NCBI GenBank assembly: GCA_905178155.1
Contig: CAJINV010000019.1
Location: 1,038,913-1,102,912, forward strand
DNA from: Amoebophrya sp. A120
Lineage: Eukaryota; Protista; Dinoflagellata
Length of the DNA stretch: 64,000 nt
Direction: 5' to 3'
Shown here: positions 10,872 through 25,100 of the stretch, one piece after another
Layout of the letters: each line of letters begins with the position of its first letter
Numbering within the stretch: position 1 is the stretch's first letter
Notes under the pieces: model-generated
Database searches by the model: none
Seen by the model: only the letters and a program-made list of their open reading frames with translations
Told to the model about the DNA's origin: nothing
Program-made: the position numbers and the translations under genes

Positions 10872-13800
10872 TTAGTCGTGGGCAAATCTTCCGTCACCAC
10901 GGTCAAGAAGTTGATTCCAAGACGTGTCAAGAAGGTATAGCCTGTACTCAAGACACTGTAGTGCGAAAACAAGAATCGTACACTTAGAACTACAAGGTGG
11001 AACGTCATTACAATACATACATTGTACAAGGAAAAGAAACTCCTTCAACCAAATCTTCATCTCAATACCCCCAGAACCACCTCCCGATTGCCGTCTTACT
11101 CGGTTTCTCATCCTTTTCATTTTCCTGCACCTCCAAAACCGTTAGCTCCGCGTCTTTCTTTCTCGGTGCTGGATTCCCATCACAGCTTTGATCCACCTGT
11201 GGCCCACGGCCCGCATCCGGCGTCTCCTCCTCATCCGGCGTTTCCTCGATTTCACTGCTGTGCTTGCTACTGGATTTTTCTTCCACAATTTCCACCACTT
11301 CAACCGCCCCCTCCTTCGACTCCAAAGGCGTCTCTACCGGTGGAGTGCGCTGCGAAAGCGTTTGCTGTTCCACGCCAGACGAGTCCACTGAATTTTTGCT
11401 CCCGGCGCCCGTGGTTGAAAATGCCTTGTTACCGCCCGGAATGCCGACTTTGGGAATGATGTTACTCCCCGCAGTTGAAATTCCTGCGTGCCACAGCAGA
11501 GTGGTTGTTGGGCTTTTCATTTTGTTGCCCAACAGTTCCACCGAATTCGTAGTCGGTGATTTTGAGGAAGACAGAGAAATGCTGCGCAAATTTCCGAGCT
11601 GCAGAAACTGGGTTGGCTTTTGCGGGAAGGAGGTCGGAGCTGCTGTAGCTGAGCCTACTTCTGCCGCAACCTTGCTTGTATCGCCCGTTGTTGAAGCAGT
11701 CTCTGGCGCGGCTGATGCTTCTGCTGCTGCAAATGCATCCGTGTTGCTCATCGTAGTACGACCCTCGTCTACTTTGCAACTGTCCGCGTGGTCGGGATAG
11801 AAAAGCTGGTTCGTCGGATTAGCCGTTGATGTACTCGCGCCTGGCTGTTCAGCATTCAGGGTCGCCGTCTGCGCTTCTGTTTTGCTCTTGCTAGTCCCTG
11901 TAGTTTATTTGGTAGAGTGTTTCATGCGATCCCCGACCAAAAATAACAACATCCATTTCCCCCGGAAAACCATAAAATTCAGCACTCAAATACCTGCACT
12001 CGTGCCCTGTACCCCCATAGCTCCCCTCTTGACCGGCGACGCCGTCGCGCTAGAGGCCGCGGAGTTGGACCCAGACCCGCTTCCCGTCCGTTTCTGATGC
12101 TTCAGGGCCATGGTCAAATACCGGGAGCGGCTGCGGGGGCTGGAGAACCGCTCCTTGGATTCTTTGTACACCTTGTACACGTCGAATCCGCCGTACTGAC
12201 TGGAGGTAATGTCAATCGATTTGATCAACTGCAGCAAATCCCGCTTCATCTGGATCCACTCCGTCATAGACACGTGGCTATGCGATTGGTCCATCACCGC
12301 GGCGACTTGGGAGTTGATAGAACTTTGCTGCTGCTGCAATCGTGTGGAAGTAGTTCTCAAGCTGTTTCGCCTTGATGTTCTTTTCCCGGGGCTGCTAGAA
12401 GCCGAAGCGGACGAGGAAAAGCTGTGGTTCAGACTATGCGGCCGTTGTTGAAACGAAGTGTTCTTCTTGCTGTCAGCACTCCGGGGCGAATGCTTATCAC
12501 CTTCACCGTGGGAACTGGCAGCTCTGGAATAACCGTAGCTTGCTTTGTTTGCCAGCTTCATCTCTCTCGGCGAAAGAGCGCGACCTTGCTGCCTCGGGGA
12601 CGTCGAGTTGTGTGGTGAGTTACTCCGAGAGCGGGCACCAGCATTGAGCGGCACGGGATGGAAGGAGAAGCCGTGATAATGTGCACCACCACCACCAGCA
12701 GCCACATGCTCGGGTAGAACAGAAACTTGCCCGTTCGGCTGCAAGTATTTCGGGTAGAGGCGACTCGAAACGACGACATCACCGTCCTCTGTGACCACCA
12801 CCGGGTCTCGTACGGTGGTTAGATGCTTCGCCGCAGTGCCTTTGATGTTGCTGTCACTGCTTTCCAGTTGTAGAAGCTCCGGACTCCTCGGCGCGGCCGA
12901 AGAGAAGTCGTGCTGCTGCGGTGGGTCCTTCACCGACTGCGCCATATGATTCCTCCCTCCGCCCCGGACCGTGGAACTCACTGCTCTTGCGCCTTCCATC
13001 CGGGCTAACCGCCGCACGGAAATTATCGCGTTTGCTTCTATTTCCGAATCCACCTCCCCTGCTTCGGATTGATGCTGCCCTTGCAGCGGTGCCCCCGCAG
13101 TTGTTGTTGAAAATGCTGCCAAAACTTCTTCTTTCACCTGCAGTTTCCCTTGCACCGTTCCGGTCTCTTCCCGTAGCTTTTGAAATTTGGGCGACAGCAG
13201 GCTCATCTGGTCATTTTTCCGCGCTATCACCGCGTTATGAGACGTCGTGTTTGTCCCGCCGGCCGGGGACCAGGGGAGCTGCTGCACGGAGGCTTGCGGG
13301 ACTTTGTTCTGCTGCGAAAACAGTTGTTGCTGCTGCTGCCCAGAGGACGAGGGCTCCTGCCGTGGGGACAGAGTCTTGGAAGAAGTTTCTGTTGCGCATA
13401 CGCCGGCCGCGGCACTCCTGGTCGCCGCTCCTGCTCCCAACCTGGTTCTACTTCCGGTCGGCGAAGAACTGCCTGTCGGCGACTTGCTCCTCGACACAGC
13501 CGGCGGCGGGACTATGTTGACTTTCTGAGAAGCTGCAGAGGACATCATCTCGAGGACAACTTCGCCCTTCACTACAATTTGGTCTGCCTGTAGCGGTTTC
13601 TCCGGTCGCTCGGGTTTACTTTCGACTTTCAAAGCGAAAGCTGCACCGGTGGTGACATCAGAGGGAGATGATGCACGACTAGTGTTCTTTTTTATCGCGG
13701 CAGAAGACGCAGCAGCGGGCGAACTCGGCGAATGCTGGCTAGTCGGCTTCTTCATAATCGCCAGTTTTGTGGCTTTGTGAGCGCCTTCCCTGAACAGTGC

Positions 13801-15402
13801 GTCCTGATCAACTGGTCCGGGTTGTACGGCTGTGCTGCTGCCGGAAGGCGAAGTATTGTCCTGCTGCAGGTTGGTTGTTCTAACGCTGTGAAATTGGCCC
13901 ACCTTTGCCCCCACAGATGCAGCGTTTTTGTTTTTCCGTGGCGGGGGCGGTAGGTAATCCAAACCCACGATGCAATCCGCATCGATTTCCTGCCCTGTCA
14001 GATGCACACCTCCGACCACGCCAGCAGAAGATGTGGCGACGCCACCTGGAAGTCGTCCGGCGGCCCCAGAAGATTGCTTGGAATTCAAAACGGAACCACC
14101 AGCAGGAAAAAACTCTTCCCCAAAAAGGCCCGGTTTATTACTCCGCAGCTCCTCAATCTCCGCCGATTGTTCTCGCAATGCCCACAGCTGCCGCATCACG
14201 TCGTCTAGCTGCTCACTCTGCTTGCTTTGGCTTTCTTCCCCACCCGAAACCGAGCCGTAGCTCGCCGTATCGAGATGAAGATGGTTTTGGTTTTGATTTT
14301 GATGCAGCTGCTGCTGCTGTTCTAACAGTTGCACCGCGGAGAAACTGAAGTTATTTTTCGACGCGAAAGATGAAGCGCTGCTGCTGTTCATCGTCGTCCC
14401 GCTAGCAGTTTGTTGTTCAGCAGACGGGTCAAACAAAAATGGCCGGTTTTCCACCTCTTCGTATCTTCGGAAGTGCTGCTGCTGCGCGCTAGCAGAGCGT
14501 GTGGCTGCAGGTGCGGCTCCAGCAGCTCCTCCTCCCGCTGCACTGTTCAGTTTTTGTCTCTTCGCCCTAGATGGGTTTCGTAAGCCCGAAGAAGAGGAAT
14601 TCTGGCGGTCCGACGCAAGATTCGGTTTCCAATATTCCGCATTGAATCTCCGGTGCGCCTCCTTCCAGCGGAGCATCAGTGGCTCTTTTTTCACAGAGGA
14701 AGTACTAGCTGTCCCTGACGTGGTGTCGTTGGTTTCTTCAACGTCATGTGCTGTAGGTCCGTTATTTTCACGAACCAGCACTGTGCCTGCGCTTGCATGT
14801 TGATTTGTTATTTTTTCGTCTAGTACTGGCTCTGCTTCCGTCTCCGTCGAAGTCGTCGGGGGCGTGAAATGCTGGTCCACCTCCCGCTCATTGTCATTCC
14901 CCTCTCCGTCGGTTTGAAGCGCCTGCTGTTTCACTGACGCTGGTTGCCTTCTTGACTGCACACTCGCATCGCTGTTGCCGTAATCAACCAAGTTCACAGG
15001 AGATGTTGATGTCTTTCCTCCTACCGGAAGCGCAGCTTGGTTGTTATCTTTTTTTTCTCGTGGGTTTTTCGGCACACCGCTCGTTGATGAAACCTCGCCG
15101 AGTTCTTTTCTACTGCTTTCGCACAGGACTTGATCTACGTCTACCGCAGATTCGACTTCTGTACCTTCAGAGACTTCGCCTACTCCTTGCCCTTGTGTGC
15201 CAAGAACTGTCGTTCCTTTATTCCCAACCACCCGTCCTCCCTGTGAACGATTTGATGTTGGTACTGTTGGAGGACTCGCTTTTCGCCCCCCCGGGGAGGA
15301 CTTTGGTGGGGGAAAGCGGGTGGCTTTCCGGTTTTTGTTCCTCTTCCGATCCGGGCTGGAGGGGGGGATATCTGTAGTTTTTGATTTCCGTAAGAGCAAC
15401 AT
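10872..15402 (-). CDS. large low-complexity Ser/Ala/Gln-rich hypothetical protein
   Basis: 1191-aa ORF joined in frame to ORF 11062-11751 by a canonical GT-AG intron at 11898-11993. Last exon tentative. Confidence 0.75.
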
Positions 15403-15535
15403 AAGGTCTTGTCGACTGCATTTGATGATAGCAGACCGGCTTGTTGGGCCGATGCAAACCCCGCAGAAGAAGACGAAGAAAAAATAACCGATGGGATGAT
15501 TTTTATATGTAGTCATGCATCCTCCAAAACACCCA

Positions 15536-17181
15536 CTAAATACGGTCCTTCTCCATGACAATCTCGCCGTCCATGGCTGCTCTGCGCCAGCAGTCTATCC
15601 AACAAAAAAACTGTGTTAGTGTAAGAAAGTCTTTTGGGAAAACAGCATTACAAGTTTGTCTGCAATGACAGGAAAAACTTGTTATGCGCAGATAGGAAGG
15701 GAAAACACATAGGAAGCGAGCCGATCATGCATGTCGAGCATGACAAGTGTAACTGTTTTGCATTTTCTGCATTACAGATTTACACTTACACAGTTTTTTT
15801 CTTCCATACAGTCGAAGTTGTCCGCCAAATCCTCTAAGAACACCGGGACGGAATAGACTGTGAAATTGCTACTCATCTCCGGCCGCCAGCACCCGGGGAA
15901 TCGCCGCGTGTCGAGGACGAAGTGCTTTCTTTCAGTTTCATCGGCGGAAGAGGAAAAAATCCACATTGCGGTGACGTTTCGCCAATTTTTTTCTGCAAAC
16001 GGCTCGTACAGAAAATAGTTTTTCACCGTCGATGCGACGAGAAAACAAGTCTCCGCAAACGTCTCACCGGAACCGTCCAAATGGCAGTGCATTTTCTCCG
16101 GCGTGACGTTGAGAAGGGAAAGGGCCGCGTTGAAGACGGAGTGGAGCTCGGGGGCAACCTTTTGGTTTTGAAACAAGCAACCGTTCAAGCTGGATGATGA
16201 AAAATCTGCTTTCATACTACGAATCGATCCGTGCCCCATACTACGAATCATTGCACGACTCAATAAACACCTAGTACCCCCGCCAGCACAATGGCCTTTG
16301 CGTGGAACATGATAGCGGACATATCAAATGCAAATATGTCTGGGTCTGGAAGGATCCGACCTTGTGATGCGAATTCCGCTACGCGCGCAAAACTCTCATG
16401 CACAGGCAGCAAACGGCGCCCATTTCCTGTCACCAAAGTGGGGGATTTGTCATGCGGATTAAGCATTGCGGAACGTTCTTCAAATCTGTGACGCTAGGGT
16501 TTCCATGACGGACCTTCTGGGTCATGCAAAAACAGCATGACAAAAATCTGCATTCCTCCAGACCCAGACATATTTGCAATTGATAGGACAGGTGGGCCAG
16601 CAATTTCGCGTCCGAGGCCCCTTCCGGGTTGGCGTTCTCCTGTATTCTAGGGAAAAATTCCCCCTCCCCATATCGAAAAGGTACGTCCCAGAAAATTTGC
16701 AATGCTGATTTGTGACCGCAAATCGTCTCTGTCTTGCAAGAACGCAACGCCACAGGCTCCGCCGCATTCTGCAGGCGGTTTGTCATGCTGTTGGCCCTAC
16801 AGCCTAGGCGTTTGCCATGCTCAGTGCCTAGCCCTAAACCCCTCCACTCAGGCTTAGCATAGGCCTGCAGTCCTCTCCAGCAAGACAAATCTGATTTGTG
16901 TACGCAAATCCAGCATCAGAAGTTTCGTTTTGATGTGGGGAAGGCGGATTTTTCCTCTCAATATCCTGTTCCAGGGCGTGTTTTACTTGTTTAATCGTCG
17001 TCAAAATCGTGGACATCGCGGCCACCGGCGTGGCGAGAGCGAGACTCGTCCCGAGACGTGTCGGCTGCTGCGTTGGAGGAGCCGGAGCGGTGCCTGTTGT
17101 GTAGTTGCCGTGGAGCAACGAGGATCCACAGGGCGTGTGCCGCGGCTCGTGCTCTTTCGGGGTGATGGAGGAGGGCGGCAT
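15536..17181 (-). CDS. multi-exon hypothetical protein
   Basis: MPPSSITPK... with frames rejoined across three introners; ends DNFDC|WRRAAM...DRI*. One further short intron is inferred near 16215-16278. Confidence 0.6.
15596..15808. mobile_element. introner family E (213 bp)
   Basis: TIR TAT..AAAAAAACTGTGT.AGTGTAA; DR CAGTC/CAGTC. Confidence 0.92.
16322..16585. mobile_element. introner family A (264 bp)
   Basis: A-type TIR; DR GGACA/GGACA. Confidence 0.95.
16643..16963. mobile_element. introner family B (321 bp)
   Basis: B-type TIR; DR TCCTG/TCCTG. Confidence 0.93.
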
Positions 17182-17925
17182 CTTTATTTCAGTCGGCCGG
17201 GGGTTTTCGCTCGGATATTTATCTTTGACACAGACGAGACCGCTTTTCGATTCAGCAGAAATGAAATTATACGCAAGGATCGCGCTTCTCTGTCGTGTGC
17301 GAAAAGTTCTGTTTTCGCAACTGCCCAAAACAAACCTTTAGCTGGGAGAATAAAAAGGCACTGGACTCCACTGAACCCTATTTTCCAAATCGCGCTCACA
17401 CAGCTACGTACCTTGGATTTCGCCAGGGCAAGAGAACAACGGACGCCAACGAGGAGAAGGCCGACAAGATAACTAAGCAGAGCGACCTGGAGGTGCATCC
17501 TAGCTGGAAGCCATGTTGTAGTAGAAATGTCGTGTGTTACTTCCAATTTCAAAATTGTTCTTGTTGCAGATGACTCTGTCACAATTTATTCCAAACAAAA
17601 TTTTCTCGGAAACTGCTCGAGATAGACGAAATTCAATTGATCAATGAATGTCAATGTAGTTAGAAGGCAGAAACGCTGGTATTGTACACATTGTAAAATT
17701 GTCGAATGTGACTGTATGTGAGTAACTCCAAGATTTGAGTATAAGTGTCGTGTCGTAATTCCAAATTCCAATGACCTCGACAAAGAGGCATCAATAGTAC
17801 TTCATCAGTTTTAATTTACAGTTATCTGAAAGCGAAGCGTATCAATCTAATTACGGCAATTCCGATGTCCAATCAATTTTCTGCCAATCATGATGTCTTC
17901 GAATGTCGAAACCTAAACACCTGAC

Positions 17926-20900
17926 CTACACCATCATGTCCTCCTCCGCTACCTCCAGGTCGACCCACACGGGCAGCGCAACCGAATTCGACGGCTTGTA
18001 ATCGATGCTGTTTACGCCGAGCGTGTTTGGGTTGCGCAATTTCAAAGCGCCGTAGAGTGCCTGGTACGCGGCACTTCTCTCGGACTTTTGTTCTGCTCCT
18101 TTGTTGAACTTGTTGTTTTTAGTACTGCTCTTGAACAAGTCCTCTTTGTCCGCACCGGTCGAAGAACTGCTCGCGTCGCCGTTCCTTCTCCGCTTACTAA
18201 TCCACTTTTTCAGGAGCCACAACACCACCGCACCCGCTCCGCAGCCGAACACGCAGGCAGCGGTAGCTCGGTGGGAAAGGAGGGCTTCGTCGGCGGCTGG
18301 AAAGTTTGGTTTTGGAAAAGTGTAACGGTATGACGGTCGCTCACACTTTTTGTTTGATACATATCAATCAATTTTTGAAAACTAAAGTGGTGGCTCATTT
18401 ACATTTTGCCCATCAACACAAACACATGCCAAGAACCCTCTATATCCTGAGGAAAAACGTACCCAAACCAGAGTCAGGATGGGGATTTTGCAACACAAAC
18501 CTAGGAGCTTTGTGAATCACGCATGACAAGTTGCACTCTGCAGTGTAGTGCAGGTTAGCAAGTGCAGCCGCATCACAGATTCATCTGCTCATCCTGTTCA
18601 CAGCATCACAAATTCCAAAACACGATTGGAAATGGCTCTCATGGGGATGCGCATTACAAGTCTTCCTGTCTTTGCAAATCTGCATTACAACTCTGGTGTG
18701 GGTACGTTTTTACTCAGGATACTCTACCTTGGTGCCTCATCACGTGCCGCACCCGACTGTCTTCCTCCGCTATCGCAAACAAATCAGCAATCGGAATTTT
18801 CTGCGACGTAGCTGCCCCGATGCTACTTCTTCCGTTGAGCAGCAACAAATCCGCCGCGTCGGACCGCTCTCCTTCCGCGGGCGAAATGTGCTTCAGCAGC
18901 GAGGAATCGGGCAGTCCATAAATCGCCCCCTCGCCCTTATTGATCTGTCCATCGGAGGTAGACCCCGAAGTTCCGGAGGGAGTGGAGGATGTTGTTACCC
19001 CGCCATCAGGAACCTCGCTGTTCAGATCTGAAGACGAGGAGGACATAGAGGAACCACTACTACCACCGGACGCTGCATAATTGCTACCCATCTCCACACT
19101 CCCGTCAGCGTTCACTTCCACGTAGTCTTTTTTCTGCTGCAGAAACGCCGAAATGTTCTCGTACCAGGACGATGAGGAACTTGCTACACTCGTCGATGTT
19201 GAACCTCCTTTCTCCAGAAACATTCCGCAACACGACCCACTTGTATCCGCCACGGTAGCGGGTCCCTGGCTTGATTGGAAAACCGCCGGGTCCGACGGGC
19301 GGATGATCTGCAGTTTTAGTTTTGATTTGTTTAAGTACGATTGCTCAAATCATGATGTTAATTCCGATGGTCGCTAATATCGTTCTACATTCTTATTCAT
19401 TGTCGTTCAAAAGTGAGAACATCGCATGATAAAGCATTTCGCTTCTTTTTTCCCCGCATCTTCACACACTGCAATTTCGTAATCTATACCCCCGCCTCCT
19501 TCAGGTACTCCCTATTGACCAAGGGCCACCGTTCCGGGGTTACCCGCACCCAATTGTCACTGACTCGATTTTATCGCCTGTAAATATTTCTAGGTCTGGA
19601 AAAATGGAACTTCTGTTGCTTGTCTGGCACTCCTACAAAATCTGTATTGCGTGACGGACAAGGACGCAGCTACATAACATTTGTCATGCAAAAACGCAGT
19701 TTGTACCGTGCGTACTGCGCATGAGAGAGCTTCCTAAAAACTTTATCTTTAACTTGTCATGCTTGGCTGCATTAGAGGTTCTGCGAGCATGCAAAGTTTC
19801 GCATCACAAGTTTCCAGACCCAAACATATCTGCATTTGATACATTTTCCGTGGTCCATCTCTCCCCACTGTACACCCGCACCTCGTCCGGTGGAATGCCG
19901 GGACTTATGTTTTGCGGGCGGCAGTCACGCCCGATGGAGACCCGGATATTGGTACACTGAAACCAGAACTGGTTGTACCGGGTGAAAACGACCATTTCGT
20001 TCTCCAATTGCAGCGGGGATTGCCCACCGGGGGAGAAGAACAACGCGTCCAAGGTCGGTTCGTTCCACTGCCACTTTTGCGTCAACGGGTTCGGGTTGCC
20101 GTTCAGCGCGTCATCCCGCAGTCGCCCCGTCGTGACCAAATACTTCCGGTAGTTTTCGTACTGGGCGAGGGTGAGCCGCGTGCTTTGATCCGGAAAAATC
20201 GCGTTCTTGTGCATTTGCTCCCACGCGAACTGCAGAATGTTCGAATTCGCCCACTGATGCGAATCGGTCGTAGTTTCTATCCTGTGTAAAAACGTACCCA
20301 CCCCAGAGTTGTCATGCAAATCTGCATGCTGAAAATGTTTCTCATGCGGAGCCCGATGAGAAGCGCTTTCCAGTCGTGTTTTGGAATTTGTCATGCTCCA
20401 ATCAGCATGATAAAATAGATCTGTGATGCTGCCGAGCTAGCTCAAACAGCACTACACTACGAGTCCAAATTTGTCATGCAAAACACCCAAAACTTGTGGA
20501 TTTGTCTAGCCGAGTCCCCATCTTGACTATGGGGTGGGGACGTTTTTACATAGGATAGTTTCCACGTTGTGCCGCAGTGCGAGGACGTTGGGCCCCTTCT
20601 TGATCGGATCCGCAAATTCCGGAGAGTAGGTCAGGTGCAGTTCGACTGGGGTGCCCTGATCGTGGGTTTTTTTGACAACATGGAATTGTATCTAGTGATG
20701 GAAGTTTTGGTCATGGCATTCGCTTTCGCATTGCTGGCTAGAAATGACCAAACTAGACGTCGATGCCTTATCGGCATCACAAATTGATATGTGCCTCGTT
20801 GTCGTTCTGAGCTACATCCCATTTAAATACCCGGAAGCTATCTTGCAGGTCCTGGAAGACATCGCCGCGACTTGAAATGTTGATCACAGTCGTCCGCTGT

Positions 20901-21178
20901 CGCTGCTCTGGGAGGTTGTCCGGAACATTAACAGTTTTGATGGATGACGTCGAAGACGCAGTTGTAGTTCCAGCTTTCTCTTCTTTTCCAACTTTGCTCG
21001 TGTTCTCCTGCGCCTGCTTCTCTTCTTCTTGCACAAGTTGCTTTACTTTCTGCTGCTGTTTCTGTTTTTTTACTCGAGTCTGTTGCTCCTCCAATCTTCT
21101 CTCCTGTGCAGTGGATTCCTTTTTCTGGCGCTGTGCCTCCAGTTGCTCCACCTTTTGCTCTTCACTTTCGCGAACCAT
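17926..21178 (-). CDS. multi-exon hypothetical protein with a probable C-terminal single transmembrane helix
   Basis: Consecutive minus-strand ORFs split by 3 introners and other introns. Last exon has ACVFGCGAGAVVLWLL followed by KKWISKRRR. Confidence 0.55.
18443..18721. mobile_element. introner family F (279 bp)
   Basis: TIR TATCCTGAG.AAAAACGTACCCA.ACCAGAGT; DR CTCTA/CTCTA. Confidence 0.95.
19572..19841. mobile_element. introner family A, diverged (270 bp)
   Basis: Degenerate A-type TIR; DR GATTT/CATTT. Confidence 0.85.
20278..20557. mobile_element. introner family F (280 bp)
   Basis: F-type TIR; DR GTTTC/GTTTC. Confidence 0.95.
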
Positions 21179-22114
21179 CTTGGAATTATATATGGAAGAT
21201 CGTTAAAAAGGAAGCTTCAGAAGAAGAACCAATCTGCTTGTTGCAAGATTAAGGTTGTTTCTACGAAACTGAAACTCCGCAGGCAAATGCCGAAGACTCG
21301 GCCCAGAACTTCTTAATTGTGGCGCACAACGGGCTCCTTGGTACTCTGATGTAGCAGTCGTGTTGCGTTACTTCACGGACGACAAACACCGCAAAAAAAA
21401 AGCTAGGCGATATGGATATTGATCCAGTATGCGTATCACAAGTTTACCTTAGAGGAAGAGTTACGGAAGTCCAAATGGAAATAAACCTCATTGTAAATTG
21501 TAAGTAGAGCATAAGATGAACTCACGAAAGCGATTGTTTGAGATCTTTTTTACGCGTTGTTCACCGACTTTGTGAAACCGGTAGTACAACAACGATAACT
21601 TGAAGACCGATTGCACGATCACGACACCACGAGTGTTAACACGAATCCCGTATCAGAATGTGGCGAATAAAACGACGATCTAGAACAAGTAGAACCACGA
21701 GTAAGGGGAGAACCGACGAGATCCTTTTCCTGGTAGACAGATGAAACCCACGACGAAAATTTCGACATTTCGATCTTTCTTCGACAGAAGCGCAGAGGAG
21801 CACGACCCGGGTAGTTATGAGCTATTTGAAGCTAGCGTAGCCGATCTAGTAGACCGTGAGAAATTACAACGAAATAAAGCAAAAATCGATTTAATGACGG
21901 AACATCGTTACGCCCCCAGCTGCGGCGCAGAGAAAAAAACTAGCCTTGAAACTGTCCCAGACCAGCACGAGAAGTTCTTTTCCGATACATCAAGTGCCAC
22001 ACGGTACAGCAGCTTTAGTGTTCTCATACATTGGAAAGGGTAAGCTGAACTCTTACTGATGTATTCCTGTTTCTTTCCAGCTCGATGTACTCAGCGAGTT
22101 GCACTTCAAATCCA

Positions 22115-25100
22115 TCACAACTTTACTCCGGCAAACAGTTCTTTATCCAGCTTCCGCTCGCGCCAGTACTCTCCGAAGGTATCGTTAACCATCCGGAGCT
22201 CTTCCTGCAGAATGTGCACGTCTGACCGGCTGACAATTACGTCGCCGTCAGTGCCCTCGCGGGCAAGCTGGATAGCGCCCAGAGCTGTTTGAGTTTTTGG
22301 GAAAGAAAATACCGATTTCTGATCCATACAGAATTCATCGCTTTTGTTACACACAGTACAAAGAGGCATTCACTGCTTACCTGCTGACACACGCTTGCTG
22401 GGAAAACAGACAAAAACCAAAAGCGGTCAAATTAAGAGAAAAACCAATAATCCAACATCATATGTACTGTCTTTCAACTCCTCGTTGTCGTTCTTCGCTC
22501 GTGCCAGGTCCATTTCGAGATCGTCTGTTCGTTCGCGCTATGAACTGCAAAAGTATCGTAGTAGTAGTAATTGCAATACAAATTAGCTCAGCATGACAAA
22601 TGGAATTTGTCATGCTGTTTTGCCTTTGGATGGAGATTTGTAATGCATAACTGCGATTACTACGAGTACGATACTTTTGCACAGGATACTCGCAGTTTTA
22701 CCAGTTCCCTTTTCAGCTGGTCCGCCTATGGATTGCAAAAATGTCTGGGTCTCCTGGAAGAGTCCGAACTTGTGATGCGCATCTCAGAACACAGAAAAAT
22801 CTGTCATGCATAGGTAGCAAAAGCTGCCCGCTTTCTGTCACCAAGAAAATGGGGGATTTGTCATGCGGATTCGGCATTGCGGAAGCTTCTCGATGAAACC
22901 TGTGGTGCTAGAGCTTCCATTTCAGACCTTCTGTGTCAGTGTCATGCAAAAACAGCATGAGTCTTCCAGACCCAGACATTTTTGGAGTTGATACCGCCTC
23001 CGCGCGCGCGATCTCCTGTTCCGCCTCCTTTTCCTTGGCCGGGTCTTCCTCCGCCTTTTGCAGGCACATCTCCACGATCAGTAACTCCAGCTGCGGCTTC
23101 GTAAACTCCTTCAACCGGGCGTGCAGATGCCGGGCCGCTTTATCGGACCCACGCTTGGAAAACTCGTGGAGGAAGGTTTTCTCAAATCCGCCCTCCGAAT
23201 AGACAAAATCCAACACCCGCTCCACCTCGTACGGTTGCACACCAGAAGAACGCTCTTGGTTAGATTTCTCTATGGAACGATCATCATCAGGATCTGGCGT
23301 GGTGGGAAGATCCTGCTGTCCAACATCCTCGTCGTCAAAGCCCTCGAGCTGTGGGTCCTCTTCAGACTGCGCTTCCTCCTCCTCCTCGTCTATTCTCGCC
23401 TCGCCCTCAGCTTTTTTCTTTCGCGATCTGGGTGTTAATTTACTGCTCGGCTTGAGTAGATGATGGCTCTTGTAATTATTGCCACCCCCGCGGCCAATGA
23501 TCCCCTTATTTGCTCTTGCTCCTCTGTTCTGGGTAATTCCTGATAACTTATTCATCTTGCTGGTCAACCCTTTTGAGGCTCCTGTGGCCGCTGACAACAA
23601 ACTATTGTTTCTCGCCCCCTCTGCCACCTCACTCTCTAGCGACGTTTCAATGTTCTGGACCTGTTGCAGCTGCTCTACCACCGCTGTCATACAGTCCGCG
23701 ATCGTGATTCCGTGCTGGTGCACGCCCTCGTTCACCGCCGCAATTTGGTCCTCCAATCGCGGGATTTGTTCCGTCGCGATCAAATTCACTTTGTCGTCTA
23801 AGTGACTCACCTGCGATGCGAGGGTGGATACTTGCTGGAGCTGCTGGGAGGTAGTGGGTGGGGTTGTCGGTACTGTTGTGGCCACTTTTTCTTTTACACC
23901 TCCAGATGTTGCACCAGCTACTGGAATCGATGACATTGTATTCTCTTTGTCCAACACCGCAGACGCTGCTAGTGCCGACGGCAAGGCGTTCCCCCCACTG
24001 ACGATTGCTACAGCGCTGGTGGAATCGGCTTTCGTTCCTTCTGTTGCCTTTTTCCCCCGACCCATGTCTAGTGGCGCTTTTCTTCGCGGGGTACTCACGG
24101 ATCTTTGACTTTCCTTTTCCTGTCCGCCCTTTATCACCAAATTGTTCTTGTTGTCCAGCTTGTTTGCCATCATGTAGTTCGGCTTTATCTTATTGTTACT
24201 TCTCTCCCCTTCCGGCTGCATAATTTTATTCGCGTTTGTTCGCCCTGTAGAAGTTGTGCCCGAGTTCGCCCCAGCTGTGATCTCGACGCCAAAATTGACC
24301 GCTTCCCCCTCCGCGGCCACCGGGCGTCGTGTCGGGGGCGGGATGTCCTCCTCTGCGTGATCCGACAAGTCGAGCCCCGACAGAAATTCGTGCAAATGCG
24401 TGAATCGCGGAGCAATGTCATCGTCGTCCTCAATGGAGTTTATTTCATCATGGTCATCCATGTAGTAGTTGCTGCCATTCTCAACATCTGCTAGTCCTTC
24501 TCCCTCTCCAGCAACATTATAGACCAAAGACGCTCCCATCGGGCGACCTTTAACACCTCCGAAGTCGATACTCCCGCGCATGGCGGACGGTGCTGCCTCA
24601 TCCCCTAGAGAGAGCATGGACGAAACAGACCCAATTGCGAAGTTCAGCGACGCGCGGCCGGCCTCTGCCAACTGCTTCGCCGCTTCCACGGGACGCGACG
24701 CCCCGAATCCGTAGGAACCGCGGAAGGCGGGCTGCCGGTTGTCGCTTTCTTCTTCATCAGGTAGTCGTTCTTCTTGATCAGCGGACGTAAATATGGTCGT
24801 GCTAGGTCTGATAACCGGTTGTTGTAAACCACCTGAAGATGCAACAATTTTTCCCACATTATTATTTTTATCAAATCTGCTCCTGTCCCACTGGAGAACT
24901 TCCCCCTCGCCATGATCCTCGTTGATCTTTTGCGACTCGCCGAATCGCCGCCGCACGTTGGCGAAGGGGTTATTCTCGTCGGAGCTATCGAACCCGCGCG
25001 TTATTTCGTTGTCTTCTTCTTCTTCTTCTGCTGCTGCTCTGGGGAATTCTTCCTCACTTGTGTAGTCCCCGGGAACCGAGAGCTTCTTGTTTTCACTTGT